A program made the position numbers and the translations under genes. Positions 51,335 through 61,471 of a stretch of DNA of 64,000 nt are shown here, piece after piece. Numbering within the stretch: the stretch's first letter is position 1; every line of letters begins with the position of its first letter. Source of the DNA: an uncultured bacterium (GTDB lineage Bacteria; Planctomycetota; UBA1135; GCA-002686595); contig CALSNU010000002.1 of the NCBI GenBank assembly GCA_943787795.1, forward strand, positions 704,001-768,000, read 5' to 3'. The notes beneath the pieces are model-generated. The model ran no database searches. It was given only the letters and a program-made list of their open reading frames with translations, and was not told where the DNA came from.

Positions 51335-51906
51335 CCACCGCAGCTGATCGAGCGCGAAGCGGCTATCGGCGGATCGAGTCGAGGGCCGACTTCCTCGAAT
51401 TCCTCCGGCTCGACCTGGGCGCCCGCGGCTTGACGGCGGTTCCCTGGCTCTGCTCCTTCAGGCGTCCTCTGGTGGCCTACACCGTGATGATGCGGAGGGT
51501 CGAGTACTTGCAGTCCAAGCGCCTCGGCTTCTTCGGGCGGTCTTGGCTAAAGTGGCGCCTCTGGAGGTTGAAGATGTACGGAGCGCGGCTCGGGCTCTCG
51601 ATGGTCCCGGGGACTTTTGGTCCCGGGCTCTTCATCGTCCACCATGGGAGCATCGTGATCAGTAGCGAGGCTCGGTTCGGTTCGCGGACGAGGATCCACT
51701 CGTGCGTGAATGTCTCCGGGGCGCCAGTATTCGGGGATGACGTCTACCTGGGCCCTGGTGCCGTCGTCGTGGGTGACGTTGACGTTGGCGACCGAGTTCG
51801 TGTCGGCGCGAACAGTGTCGTATCTCGACCGGTCAAGACTGGATCCACCGTGTTGGGTGTGCCTGCTCGGGTGATCAAGGTCGACTCGAACGCCGAGGAC
51901 GGCTAA
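51331..51906 (+). CDS. Hexapeptide-repeat O-acetyltransferase (CysE/WcaB-like)
   Basis: FGPGLFIVHHGSIVI, APVFGDDVYLGPGA, VGANSVV, VLGVPARVIK. Confidence 0.88.
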   Translation: MTTAADRARSGYRRIESRADFLEFLRLDLGARGLTAVPWLCSFRRPLVAYTVMMRRVEYLQSKRLGFFGRSWLKWRLWRLKMYGARLGLSMVPGTFGPGLFIVHHGSIVISSEARFGSRTRIHSCVNVSGAPVFGDDVYLGPGAVVVGDVDVGDRVRVGANSVVSRPVKTGSTVLGVPARVIKVDSNAEDG

Positions 51907-51919
51907 GGGAGCAGTACCC

Positions 51920-52990
51920 TTGGAATCTGCCGTCCTAGAGGTGAGCAGGGCTGCCATTGCCCATAACTACGACGCCATCTCCCGCGCTGTACCTGGGTCG
52001 GAGGTCATGGGGGTCGTGAAGGCCGATGGCTACGGGCACGGTGCCGTTGAGGTTGCGCGGGTGCTAAGCGAAGCGGGCGCGAGGACAGTCGGTGTGGCGT
52101 CGTGCGACGAGGCAGTCGAGCTGCGTCAGCACTTAGGCTTCCCGCTGGAGCGCCTGCAGGTCGTCGTGTTGGGCGGCGTCGCGGACCCCGAAGAGGCCGC
52201 GGCGTGTGAGATCTGGGGACTGACTCCGGTCATCCATGATCTGGAGCAGTTTTGTTGGCTCGAGACGGCTGGTTTCACCGGGCGATTCTGGGCCAAGATT
52301 GACACGGGCATGAGTCGGCTGGGCCTTCGCGATCTGAATGCCTTTCGGCAGTGCGTTACCGATGCTCGCAGGTTGCCTGAGTATCTGATGAGCCACCTGG
52401 CATGTGCCGATGACCGGGACCACCCGCTGAACACAGAGCAATGGTCGCGATTCGTAGGCGAGTTGGAGCGTTGGCCGGAGGGCGTCAGCGGCTCGCTCTT
52501 GAACAGCGCAGGCGTGGCGAACTTCTCCGACTGGGGACTCGGGGTCGTTCGACCTGGCATCGGCATCTACGGTGGGAGTGGGGAGCTCAACGAGACGCTC
52601 GGCCTTCGGCGAGCTTCCGTGCTACGGGCGAGGGTCAAGCAGGTGAGGTTGGTCCGAGCAGGCCGCACCGTCTCGTATGGCGCTACCCATCAGTTCCTCA
52701 GAGATTCGAGGATTGCAGTCCTTGGCATCGGGTACGCAGACGGAATGCCCTGGCACCTCTCCGGAGTAGGGCGGGTCTCCTTCGGCGGAGAGCTGTGCCC
52801 GATCGTCGGCCGAGTGTGCATGGACTACACGATGGTGGACGTCTCGGGGACCGAGGTGGAGCCGGGCGACATGGTCGAGGTCTGGGGAGGGATCGACGGC
52901 CTCGATGAGGTTGCCGAGATGGCAGGGACCATCGGTTACGAGCTGCTCACGCGGCTCGGCTCCAGGGTGCGGCGCGTGTACGTGGACTGA
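51920..52990 (+). CDS. alr: Alanine racemase
   Basis: VVKADGYGHG (PLP Lys), KIDTGMSRLG, SHLACAD, VRPGIGIYG, VSYG, GYADG, GRVCMD, GTIGYELLT. Confidence 0.95.
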   Translation: MESAVLEVSRAAIAHNYDAISRAVPGSEVMGVVKADGYGHGAVEVARVLSEAGARTVGVASCDEAVELRQHLGFPLERLQVVVLGGVADPEEAAACEIWGLTPVIHDLEQFCWLETAGFTGRFWAKIDTGMSRLGLRDLNAFRQCVTDARRLPEYLMSHLACADDRDHPLNTEQWSRFVGELERWPEGVSGSLLNSAGVANFSDWGLGVVRPGIGIYGGSGELNETLGLRRASVLRARVKQVRLVRAGRTVSYGATHQFLRDSRIAVLGIGYADGMPWHLSGVGRVSFGGELCPIVGRVCMDYTMVDVSGTEVEPGDMVEVWGGIDGLDEVAEMAGTIGYELLTRLGSRVRRVYVD

Positions 52991-53106
52991 GCGGAGAATG
53001 CCGTCTAGGTGGCCCCCACCCGATGACGGGCTCTGGCCTCGATGCCCTGAGCCGGGGCTCGGGCGCTGGTCGTGGAGTGAACCGGTCTCTGGTGGGTCGG
53101 AGCGTC

Positions 53107-53386
53107 TCAGTGAAAGTCCCTCGACCCCGCGCTGATGCCGGCGGCGAGGTCGTCGAGGCTCTCGGAGCGGTCGACGATCAGGTGGACCACCCCGCCTGAG
53201 CGGTCGATGCGGCCGTGGACGAGGAGGAGGACGCCGTCGCGGGCGGTGGCGCTCTTAGGTGTTGGGGTGGACGACGAGGTTGGAGGTGCCGGTCTCGTCC
53301 TCGAGGGTGATGAAGATGATCCCCTGGGCGGTGGCGGGGCGCTGGCGGACGAGGACCATGCCGGCGACGGCGACGCGGGCGTCCTG
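53107..53386 (-). pseudogene. Duplicated 3' fragment of dnaE2
   Basis: Near-identical to 58175-58462, with substitutions, an 8-nt deletion and a TAC>TAA change. Confidence 0.9.
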
Positions 53387-53788
53387 GACGGCGGATGGGG
53401 CTGGGGCGCGACGAGACTCGACGACGACAACGACGGGGACCAGGACCTCTACGTGGTCCACCAAGGCGAGCTCCCCGTCCTCTACGAGAACGTGGGCGGG
53501 AACCAGAACGACTGGGTCCAGCTGGACCTGGTGGGCAGCGCCTCCAACCGCGACGCCGTGGGCGCCTTCGTGCGCCTCACCGCCGCGCCGGGGGCGCCCG
53601 AGCAGGTGCGCGAGACCAGCCGCGGCAGCAACTACCTCTCCTCGGACGAGGACCTGGTGCACTTCGGTCTCGGCCCGCCCACCTCCATGGGCACCGTCGT
53701 CCGCATCGAGATCCGCTGGCCCAGCGGCCAGACCACCGTGCTCACGGATGTGCCGCGCAACCAGCGCCACACCATCATCGAGCCCTGA
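53387..53788 (+). pseudogene. Duplicated 3' fragment of the ASPIC-UnbV gene
   Basis: Near-identical to ~42984-43573 but missing the segment between two DxDxDGD repeats. Confidence 0.9.
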
Positions 53789-53904
53789 AGTCGGCGGGAC
53801 CGGGGTAAGGCGCCCTGGAACTTCCATTTGCCGCGTAACTTCCGCGGCGCCGCGCGGTTCGACGCCGAGGACCCGCTCGCACCGGCTGCACCCTTCCCAC
53901 GCCC

Positions 53905-56900
53905 ATGCTCCAACTCTCCGTCGCCTGCCTGCTCGCCCCGTTCGCCGCCGCGCCCCAGTCGGACTTTGTGCAATGGGAGACCCCGCACGTCTCGCCCATC
54001 GCCCTCGATGCTGCCGGGCAGCGGCTCCTGGTCTGCAACACCCCGGACGCCCGCCTCGAGGTCCTCGACCTCTCCAGCGGGCTGCCCGTCCCGTCGCTCG
54101 CGATCCCCGTGGGCCTGGACCCGGTGACCGTGCGGCTGCGCGGCGGGGACGAGGCCTGGGTGGTGAACTCGATCTCCGACTCCATCAGCGTGGTGGACCT
54201 CGCGTCGGGGTCCGTGGTCCGCACGATCCGGACCGCGGACGAGCCGGCGGACGTGGTGTTCGCGGGCAGCCCCGTGCGGGCCTTCGTCTCCTGCTCCCAG
54301 CCGAACCTGGTGCAGGTCTTCGACCCGGACGCGCCCGGCGCGCCCCCTCGCGGAAATCCCGCTGCGCGCGGAGGAGCCCCGCGCCATGGCCGTGAGCCCC
54401 GACGGCTCCACGGTCCACGTGGCCATCTTCGAGTCGGGCAACGGCTCCACGACCCTCGCCGGCGGCGCGGACCCGAACAACGGGACGCCCGAGATCCCCA
54501 ACGTGGTCTCCGATCCTGCGGGGCCCTACGGGGGGCAGAACCCGCCGCCCAACGACGGCACGTCCTTCTCTCCGGCCTTGCGCCCGGGCAACCCGGCGCC
54601 GCCGGCGGTCGGGCTGATTGTCAAGCAGGACGCCCAGGGGCGCTGGATGGACGACAACGGCGGGAACTGGACCGACCTCGTCAGCGGCCCTGACGCGGCG
54701 CGCTCCGGCCGTCCCGTGGGCTGGCGTCTCGCCGACCGTGACGTGGCGAACATCGACGCCCAGTCCCTGGCGGTCACCTACAGCGGCGGGCTCATGAACA
54801 TCAACATGGCCCTCGCGGTGCACCCGGTGAGCGAGTCGGTGACCGTCGTCGGGACAGACGGGACGAACGAGGTCCGCTTCGAGCCGAACCTCGACGGGGT
54901 CTTCCTGCGGGTGCGCCTCGCGGCGGTTCCCACTTCGGGCTCGACGACGCTGGTGGACCTCAACCCGCACCTGGACTACTCCACCAGCAGCGTCCCCCAG
55001 GCGGAGCGGGACCTCGCCGTCGGGGACCCCCGCGGCATCGCCTGGCGCGCCGACGGCGGGCGGGCGTACATCACCGGGATGGGCTCGAACAACGTCGTGG
55101 CGGTCGACGCCACGGGAGCGCGCGTGGGCGCGCCCATGGAGGTGGGGGAGGGGCCGACGGGCATCGTCCTCGACGCCGCCGGTCAGCGGGCGTTCGTGGT
55201 CAACAAGTTCGACGCGAGCGTCTCGGTGCTCGACCTAGTCCAGGGCCAAGAGACCGCGCGGGTCCCGTTCCACGATCCCTCGCCCGAGGCGATCAAGGTC
55301 GGCCGGCGCCACCTCTACGACACCCACGCCACCTCCGGGCTCGGCCACGTCTCGTGCGCGTCGTGCCACGTGGACTCGCGCACCGACCGCCTCGCCTGGG
55401 ACCTGGGCGACCCCACCCTGCCCATGGACCCCGACAACGGGCTGAACCTCGGCATGGGGATCCCCGGGCTCAACGTCGGCTTCGAGGACTTCCACCCCAT
55501 GAAGGGGCCGATGACCACGCAGACCCTGCAGGACATCATCGGCAAGGAGCCCCTGCACTGGCGCGGGGACAAGGACAGCCTGCACGACTTCGCCCTGGCC
55601 TTCGTGCTCCTCCAGGGGGACGACGCGCCGCCGACCCCGACGGACATCGACGAGTTCGAGGCCTTCCTCGCCACGGTGGCGTTCCCCCCGAACCCATTCC
55701 GCGGCCCCGACAACAGCCTGCCCACGGACCTCCCGCTCCCCGAGCACTTCAGCCCCGGCCGCTTCTCTCCGGCCGGGACGCCCCTGCCGAACGGGGACGC
55801 CCAGGCCGCCCTCGGGCTCTACCTGCCGCCGACGCTCCTGGATGCGGGGGCCTTGGCCTGCGTCACCTGCCACACGCTGCCCACGGGCCTCGGCCCCGAC
55901 ATGCGGCTGCAGGGCTTCACCTACGTCCCGTTCCCGGAGGGCCCCGAGGGGGAGGCGCACCACGGCCTCGTCTCCGCGGACGGCTCCACGAACGTGAACA
56001 TGAAGATCTCGCAGCTGCGGAACATGCACGAGAAGGTGGGGCTCGACTTCACGCAGCCGGAGGCCCTCTCGGGCTTCGGGTTCCTGCACGACGGCAGCAT
56101 CCCCTCCATCGCCGCCTTCCTCGCCTCCGACACCTTCGACTTCCAGAACGACCAGCAGCTGGCGGACATGGTCGCGCTGATGATGGCCTTCGCCGGGTCG
56201 GACCTGCCGAACGGGTCGGTGAACACCGTCCTGTTCCCTCCGGGCACCGAGAGCCTCGACACCCACGCCGGGGTCGGGATCCAGCTGACCCTCGAGGACG
56301 TCACCAGCGCCTCCCAGGAAGACCTCGACCTCCTGTCGTTGCTGGCCGATGAAGCCGAGCTGGGTCGGATCGGCCTCGTGGCCCACGGTCTCCTGGGCGG
56401 CGTCCGAAGGGGGGCGGCCTACCTGCCGGGCGGCACTGTCCAGACCGACCGCGCCTCCGAGACGATGACGACCGCGGACCTCCTCGCGCTCGCCACCCCC
56501 GCCGCGCCGCTCACCTTCACCGCGGTGCCCGCCGGCACCCAGCGGCGCATCGGCGTGGACCGGGACGCTGACGGCTTCCTGGACCAGGACGAGCGCGACG
56601 CGGGCAGCGATCCCGCGAACCCGAACAGCGTCCCGTCCATCGGCTCGGGCTACTGCGGCCCCGCTGCGCCGAACGCCTCGGGCGCCCCGGGCCGCATCGC
56701 CGCCGTCGGCAGCCCCGTGGCCGCCGACAACGACCTGCGCCTCTCGGCCACGTCGCTGCCGGCCCAGAGCGCGGGCTATTTCGTCGGCTCCATGACCCAG
56801 GCCTTCGTCCCGAACCCCGGCGGCAGCGTGGGCAACCTGTGCATCGCCGGCGACGTCGCTCGGTTCGCGGCCCAGCTCCGCACCACGGGGACCACGGGCT

Positions 56901-57058
56901 CGTTCTCCATCGAGGTCGACCTCACCGCCATTCCCACCAATCCCAACCAGCCCGTCCTCGCCGGTCAGACCTGGAACTTCCAGGCCTGGTTCCGCGACTC
57001 CGCCGGCGGCCAGGCCACCTCGAACTTCACCGACGGGATCTCGATCCCGTTCCAGTGA
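53905..57058 (+). CDS. Secreted YncE-like beta-propeller plus di-heme cytochrome c protein with conserved C-terminal domain; +1 frameshift in C-run 54343-54347
   Basis: [27 protein letters not shown] repeats; SCASCH, LHWRGD, ACVTCH; C-terminus [25 protein letters not shown]; removing one C restores [17 protein letters not shown]. Confidence 0.85.
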
Positions 57059-57265
57059 GCCCCCGTGGGAGGCGCTCGGCCGCGGCGGGTGGCCGGACGC
57101 CCTTGGCCCCTGTGGTGACGATCCCGACCACCGGAAGGGTCCCTGGGACGCCCAAGGGGGCGCCTGCGTCATCGAGCCCGGCCGTGTTCGGCGGGCGTCG
57201 AATCCAGCGGCGCCGCGCCGCGATTCGCTGAACGAGGAGCGCGGGCAGGCCCCGCGACCCGTTCC

Positions 57266-58147
57266 ATGCCGAGGTTGCACGAGAGGATCTTCGAGGCGCT
57301 GCGCGCCCGATGGGAGTCGCCGAGGACCCGCCGCGCCATCAGCTGGGCCCTGACGGGGTCGTTCTTCGTGTCGATCGTCTGCATCGAGCTCGCCCGGCAG
57401 GGGTGGATGCCAACCGCCCTCGGCCAGCCTCTCCCGACCAACCACCTGGCGGCGATCTCCTGGGTCTTCACCCTGCTGCTGATCGTGGAGGTGCTGGACC
57501 TGATCTTCTCCCTGGCGGAGTCCATCGCGAACGCCCTGGGCAAGCAGCTGGAGATCTTCTCCCTGATCCTGGTCCGCAAGACCTTCGACGAGCTCGCGCG
57601 CCTGCCCGAGCCCATCGATATCGGCGGCGCCACCGAGGTCCTGCTCGAGATGGGCGCCCTCGCGGTCAGCGCCTTGATCGTCTTCGTCGCGCTGACCCTC
57701 TACTACCGTCTCCAGCGCCACCGCCCCATCTCCACGGACGCGGCCGACGTGGCCCACTTCGTCTCCCTGAAGAAGGCCGTCTGCCTCGGACTCCTCCTGG
57801 CCTTCGTGGTCACCGGCGCCCTCTTCGGCCTCAGCTCCCTCACCGTCGACGCCCCCGACCAGGCCCTGTCCCTGGACTTCTTCGTCGTCTTCTTCACCGT
57901 CCTGGTCTTCTCGGACGTCCTCCTGGTCCTCGCCTCCCTCACCGTCACCCGCGCGTACCGCGTCGTCTTCCGCAACTTCACCTTCGCGGTCGTCACGGTC
58001 TTCCTCCGTATCGCCCTCGTCGCTGACCCCTACCCCAAGTCGATTCTCGGCGCCGCCACCGCCCTCTTCGCCCTCGCCGCCGCCTGGGCCTTCGACTTCA
58101 GCCGGCCGGATCCAGCCCAGTCCGAAGACGAGCGGCGGTCGGGGTAG
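57266..58147 (+). CDS. Multi-pass membrane protein of unknown function
   Basis: About 7-8 TM; KQLEIFSLILVRKTF, FFTVLVFSDVL, VFRN. Confidence 0.8.
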   Translation: MPRLHERIFEALRARWESPRTRRAISWALTGSFFVSIVCIELARQGWMPTALGQPLPTNHLAAISWVFTLLLIVEVLDLIFSLAESIANALGKQLEIFSLILVRKTFDELARLPEPIDIGGATEVLLEMGALAVSALIVFVALTLYYRLQRHRPISTDAADVAHFVSLKKAVCLGLLLAFVVTGALFGLSSLTVDAPDQALSLDFFVVFFTVLVFSDVLLVLASLTVTRAYRVVFRNFTFAVVTVFLRIALVADPYPKSILGAATALFALAAAWAFDFSRPDPAQSEDERRSG

Positions 58148-58174
58148 CTGCAGCTGGACGGAGCCCCTGCGCGC

Positions 58175-61100
58175 TCAGTGGAAGTCCCTCGACCCGCCCT
58201 GCATTCCGGCGGCGAGGTCGTCGAGGCTCTCGAAGCGGTCGACGATGAGGTGGACGACCTCGCCCGCGCGGTCGATGCGGCCCTCGACGAGGAGGAGGAC
58301 GCCGTGGCGGGCGGTGGCGCGGTGGCGCTCGTAGGTCCTGGGGTGGACGACGAGGTTGGAGGTGCCGGTCTCGTCCTCGAGGGTGATGAAGATGATCCCC
58401 TGGGCGGTGGCGGGGCGCTGGCGGACGAGGACCATGCCGGCGACGGCGACGCAGGCGTCCTGGGGGCAGCGGGTGGGGTCGAGGAGGGCGGCGGCGGTGA
58501 GGGCGCCGCGGCGGTCGAGGGCGGGGCGCAGGAAGGAGACGGGGTGGGCCTTGAGGGACAGGCCCTGGGTGGCGTAGTCGCGGACCACCTCGGTGAGGGG
58601 GGCGATGGGGGGCAGGGCCTCGGCGCCGGCGCCGCCGTCGGTGTCCACGTGGGCGAAGAGGCCGGGCTCGGAGAGGTCCTCGTCCCGTAGGGCGCGCACG
58701 GCCCAGAGGGCGGCCTTGCGATCGAGCTCGAGGGAGCCGAAGGCGTCGGCGGAGGCCAGGGGACGCAGGCGGGAGGCGCGCAGGCCGGAGCGGCGCTGGA
58801 GCTCGTCCACCGAGCGGAAGGGGCGGCCCAGGCGCTCGCGGGCTGTGGCGATGGCGTCGGCGGCGGGCCGGCGCAGGCCCTTCACGAGGCGCATGCCCAG
58901 GCGCAGGGCCGCGCCCTCCATGGAGCAGTCCCACTGGCTGTGGTTCACGTCGACCGGGCGCACCTCGACCCCGTGGCGCTCGGCGTCCTGGACGAGCTGG
59001 GCGGGGGCGTAGAAGCCCATGGGCTGGCTGTTGATCAGCGCGCCGCAGAAGGCGCCGGGGTGGTAGAGCTTGAGCCACGAGGACACGTAGACCAGCAGCG
59101 CGAAGCTCGCGGCGTGGGACTCGGGGAAGCCGTACTCGCTGAAGCCCTCCAGCTGGCGGAAGATGCGCTGGGCGAAGGCCTCGTCGTAGCCGTTGTCGAG
59201 CATGCCCTCCACCAGCTGCTCGCCGTAGCGCTGCATCAGGTCGCTCTTGCGCTTCCACGCGGCCATGGCCCGCCGCAGCTTGTCTGCCTCGCCGGGCGTG
59301 AAGCCGGCGGCCACCACCGCCAGCGCCATGGCTTGCTCCTGGAAGAGCGGCACGCCGAGGGTCTTCTCGAGCACCCGCCGCACCTCCGGGCTCGGGTAGG
59401 TGACCGCCTCGGTCCCGTCCCGCCGCCGCAAGTAGGGGTGCACCATGTCCCCCTGGATCGGCCCCGGCCGCACGATCGCCACCTCGACCACCAGGTCGTA
59501 GAACTCCACCGGCTTCAGCCGCGGCAGCATCGACATCTGCGCCCGCGACTCGATCTGGAAGACGCCCATGGTGTCGGCGCGGCAGATCATCTCGTACACC
59601 GCCGGGTCCTCGGGCGGGATGGTGTGCATGGTGAAGCCGCCGGCCTCGGGCACCTCGAAGCCGCGCTCCTCCCCGCTCTCGTCCACCAGCTCGAAGGTCT
59701 TGCGGATGGCAGTGAGCATCCCGAGGCCCAGGAGGTCCACCTTGAGGATCCCCAGCGCGTCGATGTCGTCCTTGTCCCACTCGATCACCGTGCGGTCCGC
59801 CATGGACGCGTTCTCGATGGGGACCATCTCGGTCAGGAGGTCCTCGGTGATCACGAAGCCGCCCACGTGCTGGGAGAGGTGGCGGGGGAAGCCGAGGATC
59901 TCCTTGGTCAGCGCCACGAAGCGGCGGGTGGCGGGCGCCTGGGGGTCGAGGCCGTGGGCGGCGAGGCCCACGCTGCCGTTCTCCTCGGCGGCGGCGCCGA
60001 CGCCGTCGGTCCACCAGTCGATGTCCTTGGCGAGGGCGTCCACCAGCTCCGGCGAGAAGCCGAGCGCCTTGCCAACGTCCCGCACGGCGCTGCGGCCGCG
60101 GTAGCTGATGACCTCGGCGGTCAGCGCGGCGCGGTCCCGGCCGTAGCGCCGGTACACGTACTGCAGCACCTCCTCGCGCCGCTCGTGCTCGAAGTCGATG
60201 TCGATGTCGGGCGGTTCGCCGCGCTCCTTGGAGAGGAAGCGCTCGAACAGCAGGTCGATACGGTCGGGGTCCACCGCCGTCACCCCGAGGCAGTAGCACA
60301 CCGCCGAGTTCGCCGCCGCGCCGCGCCCCTGGCACATGATCTCCCGCGACCGGGCGAAGCGCACGATGTCGTGCACCGTGAGGAAGTACGGCGCGTAGTC
60401 GAGCTCCTCGATCAGCTGGAACTCGTGCTCGATGCGCGCCCGGGTCTCGGGCGGCACGCCGTGCGGGTAGCGCTCCGCCGCCCCGAGCCAGGTCTCGTCC
60501 ACCAGGGTCTCCAGGGCCGTCCGCCCGTCCGTGCGCACCTCCGAGGGGTAGTGGTAGCGCAGCTCCGAGAGGGAGAAGCGCGCCGCCTCCTGGGCCAGCT
60601 CCGCCGCGCGCGCCGTGAGGTCGTCGTGGCCGCGGAACAGGGCCGTCATCTCGGCCGGCGTCTTCAGGCGCCGCTCGGCGTTGGGGAACAGGTCGGCGCC
60701 CACGGTGTCCACGGGCCGGCCCACGCGGATGGCGGTGAGCACGTCCTGCAGCGCCCGCCGCCGCCGCTCGTGGTAGTGCACGTCGTTGAGGGCGACCAGC
60801 GGCGCGTCCACCCGCGCCCCGAGGCGCGCGGTGCGCTCACGCTCGGCCCGGTCGTCGGGCCCGTACAGGGCGCAGGCCCCGAGGAACAGGCGGTCCGGGT
60901 TCATGGCGCCGCGCAGCCGGGACACGGCGCGCTCGTGCTGCGTCCAGGTCGGCTGCGCCACCGCGAGCTCCGGCGGGAGCACCACGGCGAGCAGGCCCTC
61001 CTGGTGCTCGAGCAGGTCGTCGAGCTCCAGGTGGCACGACCCCTTCTCCGCCCGCCGCTTGCCGCGGGTGAGCAGCCGCGAGAGCCGCCCGTAGCCCGCG

Positions 61101-61471
61101 CGGTCCCGGGGGAACGCGAGCACCTCGGGGGCGCCCCCCTCCTCGAGGTCGAAGCTGAGCCGCGCGCCCACCGCGAGCCCGATGCCGCACTCCTCCGCCG
61201 CCACGTGGGCGCGCACCACGCCGGCGAGGGAGTTGCGGTCCGCGATGGCGGCGGCCCGGTGGCCGAGGGCGGCGGCGGTGTGCACCAGCTCCTCGGGGTG
61301 GCTCGCGCCCCGCAGGAAGCTGAAGTTCGACGCCACCGCGAGCTCGGCGTACGGCGTCCCGTCCGCGGTGTCCGCCGCGTCCCCCGGGCACGCCTCCCCG
61401 CCGGGCCCGGCGAGGGCGCCGGGCGCCTTGGCCGGGTGGGGGACGAGCTTGGTGGAGGGGATCTCGGGCAC
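58175..61471 (-). CDS. dnaE2: Error-prone DNA polymerase DnaE2
   Basis: YAEL..SNFSFLRGASHPEELV, GRGAAANS, PPDIDIDFEH, PRHLSQHVGG, FQIESRAQM, C-terminal SRDFH. Confidence 0.97.
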   Translation of the reverse strand: MPEIPSTKLVPHPAKAPGALAGPGGEACPGDAADTADGTPYAELAVASNFSFLRGASHPEELVHTAAALGHRAAAIADRNSLAGVVRAHVAAEECGIGLAVGARLSFDLEEGGAPEVLAFPRDRAGYGRLSRLLTRGKRRAEKGSCHLELDDLLEHQEGLLAVVLPPELAVAQPTWTQHERAVSRLRGAMNPDRLFLGACALYGPDDRAERERTARLGARVDAPLVALNDVHYHERRRRALQDVLTAIRVGRPVDTVGADLFPNAERRLKTPAEMTALFRGHDDLTARAAELAQEAARFSLSELRYHYPSEVRTDGRTALETLVDETWLGAAERYPHGVPPETRARIEHEFQLIEELDYAPYFLTVHDIVRFARSREIMCQGRGAAANSAVCYCLGVTAVDPDRIDLLFERFLSKERGEPPDIDIDFEHERREEVLQYVYRRYGRDRAALTAEVISYRGRSAVRDVGKALGFSPELVDALAKDIDWWTDGVGAAAEENGSVGLAAHGLDPQAPATRRFVALTKEILGFPRHLSQHVGGFVITEDLLTEMVPIENASMADRTVIEWDKDDIDALGILKVDLLGLGMLTAIRKTFELVDESGEERGFEVPEAGGFTMHTIPPEDPAVYEMICRADTMGVFQIESRAQMSMLPRLKPVEFYDLVVEVAIVRPGPIQGDMVHPYLRRRDGTEAVTYPSPEVRRVLEKTLGVPLFQEQAMALAVVAAGFTPGEADKLRRAMAAWKRKSDLMQRYGEQLVEGMLDNGYDEAFAQRIFRQLEGFSEYGFPESHAASFALLVYVSSWLKLYHPGAFCGALINSQPMGFYAPAQLVQDAERHGVEVRPVDVNHSQWDCSMEGAALRLGMRLVKGLRRPAADAIATARERLGRPFRSVDELQRRSGLRASRLRPLASADAFGSLELDRKAALWAVRALRDEDLSEPGLFAHVDTDGGAGAEALPPIAPLTEVVRDYATQGLSLKAHPVSFLRPALDRRGALTAAALLDPTRCPQDACVAVAGMVLVRQRPATAQGIIFITLEDETGTSNLVVHPRTYERHRATARHGVLLLVEGRIDRAGEVVHLIVDRFESLDDLAAGMQGGSRDFH

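Noticed and set aside
53135..53788. 217-aa ORF as a real gene
   Set aside because: Its N-terminus is antisense dnaE2 sequence fused to an ASPIC fragment
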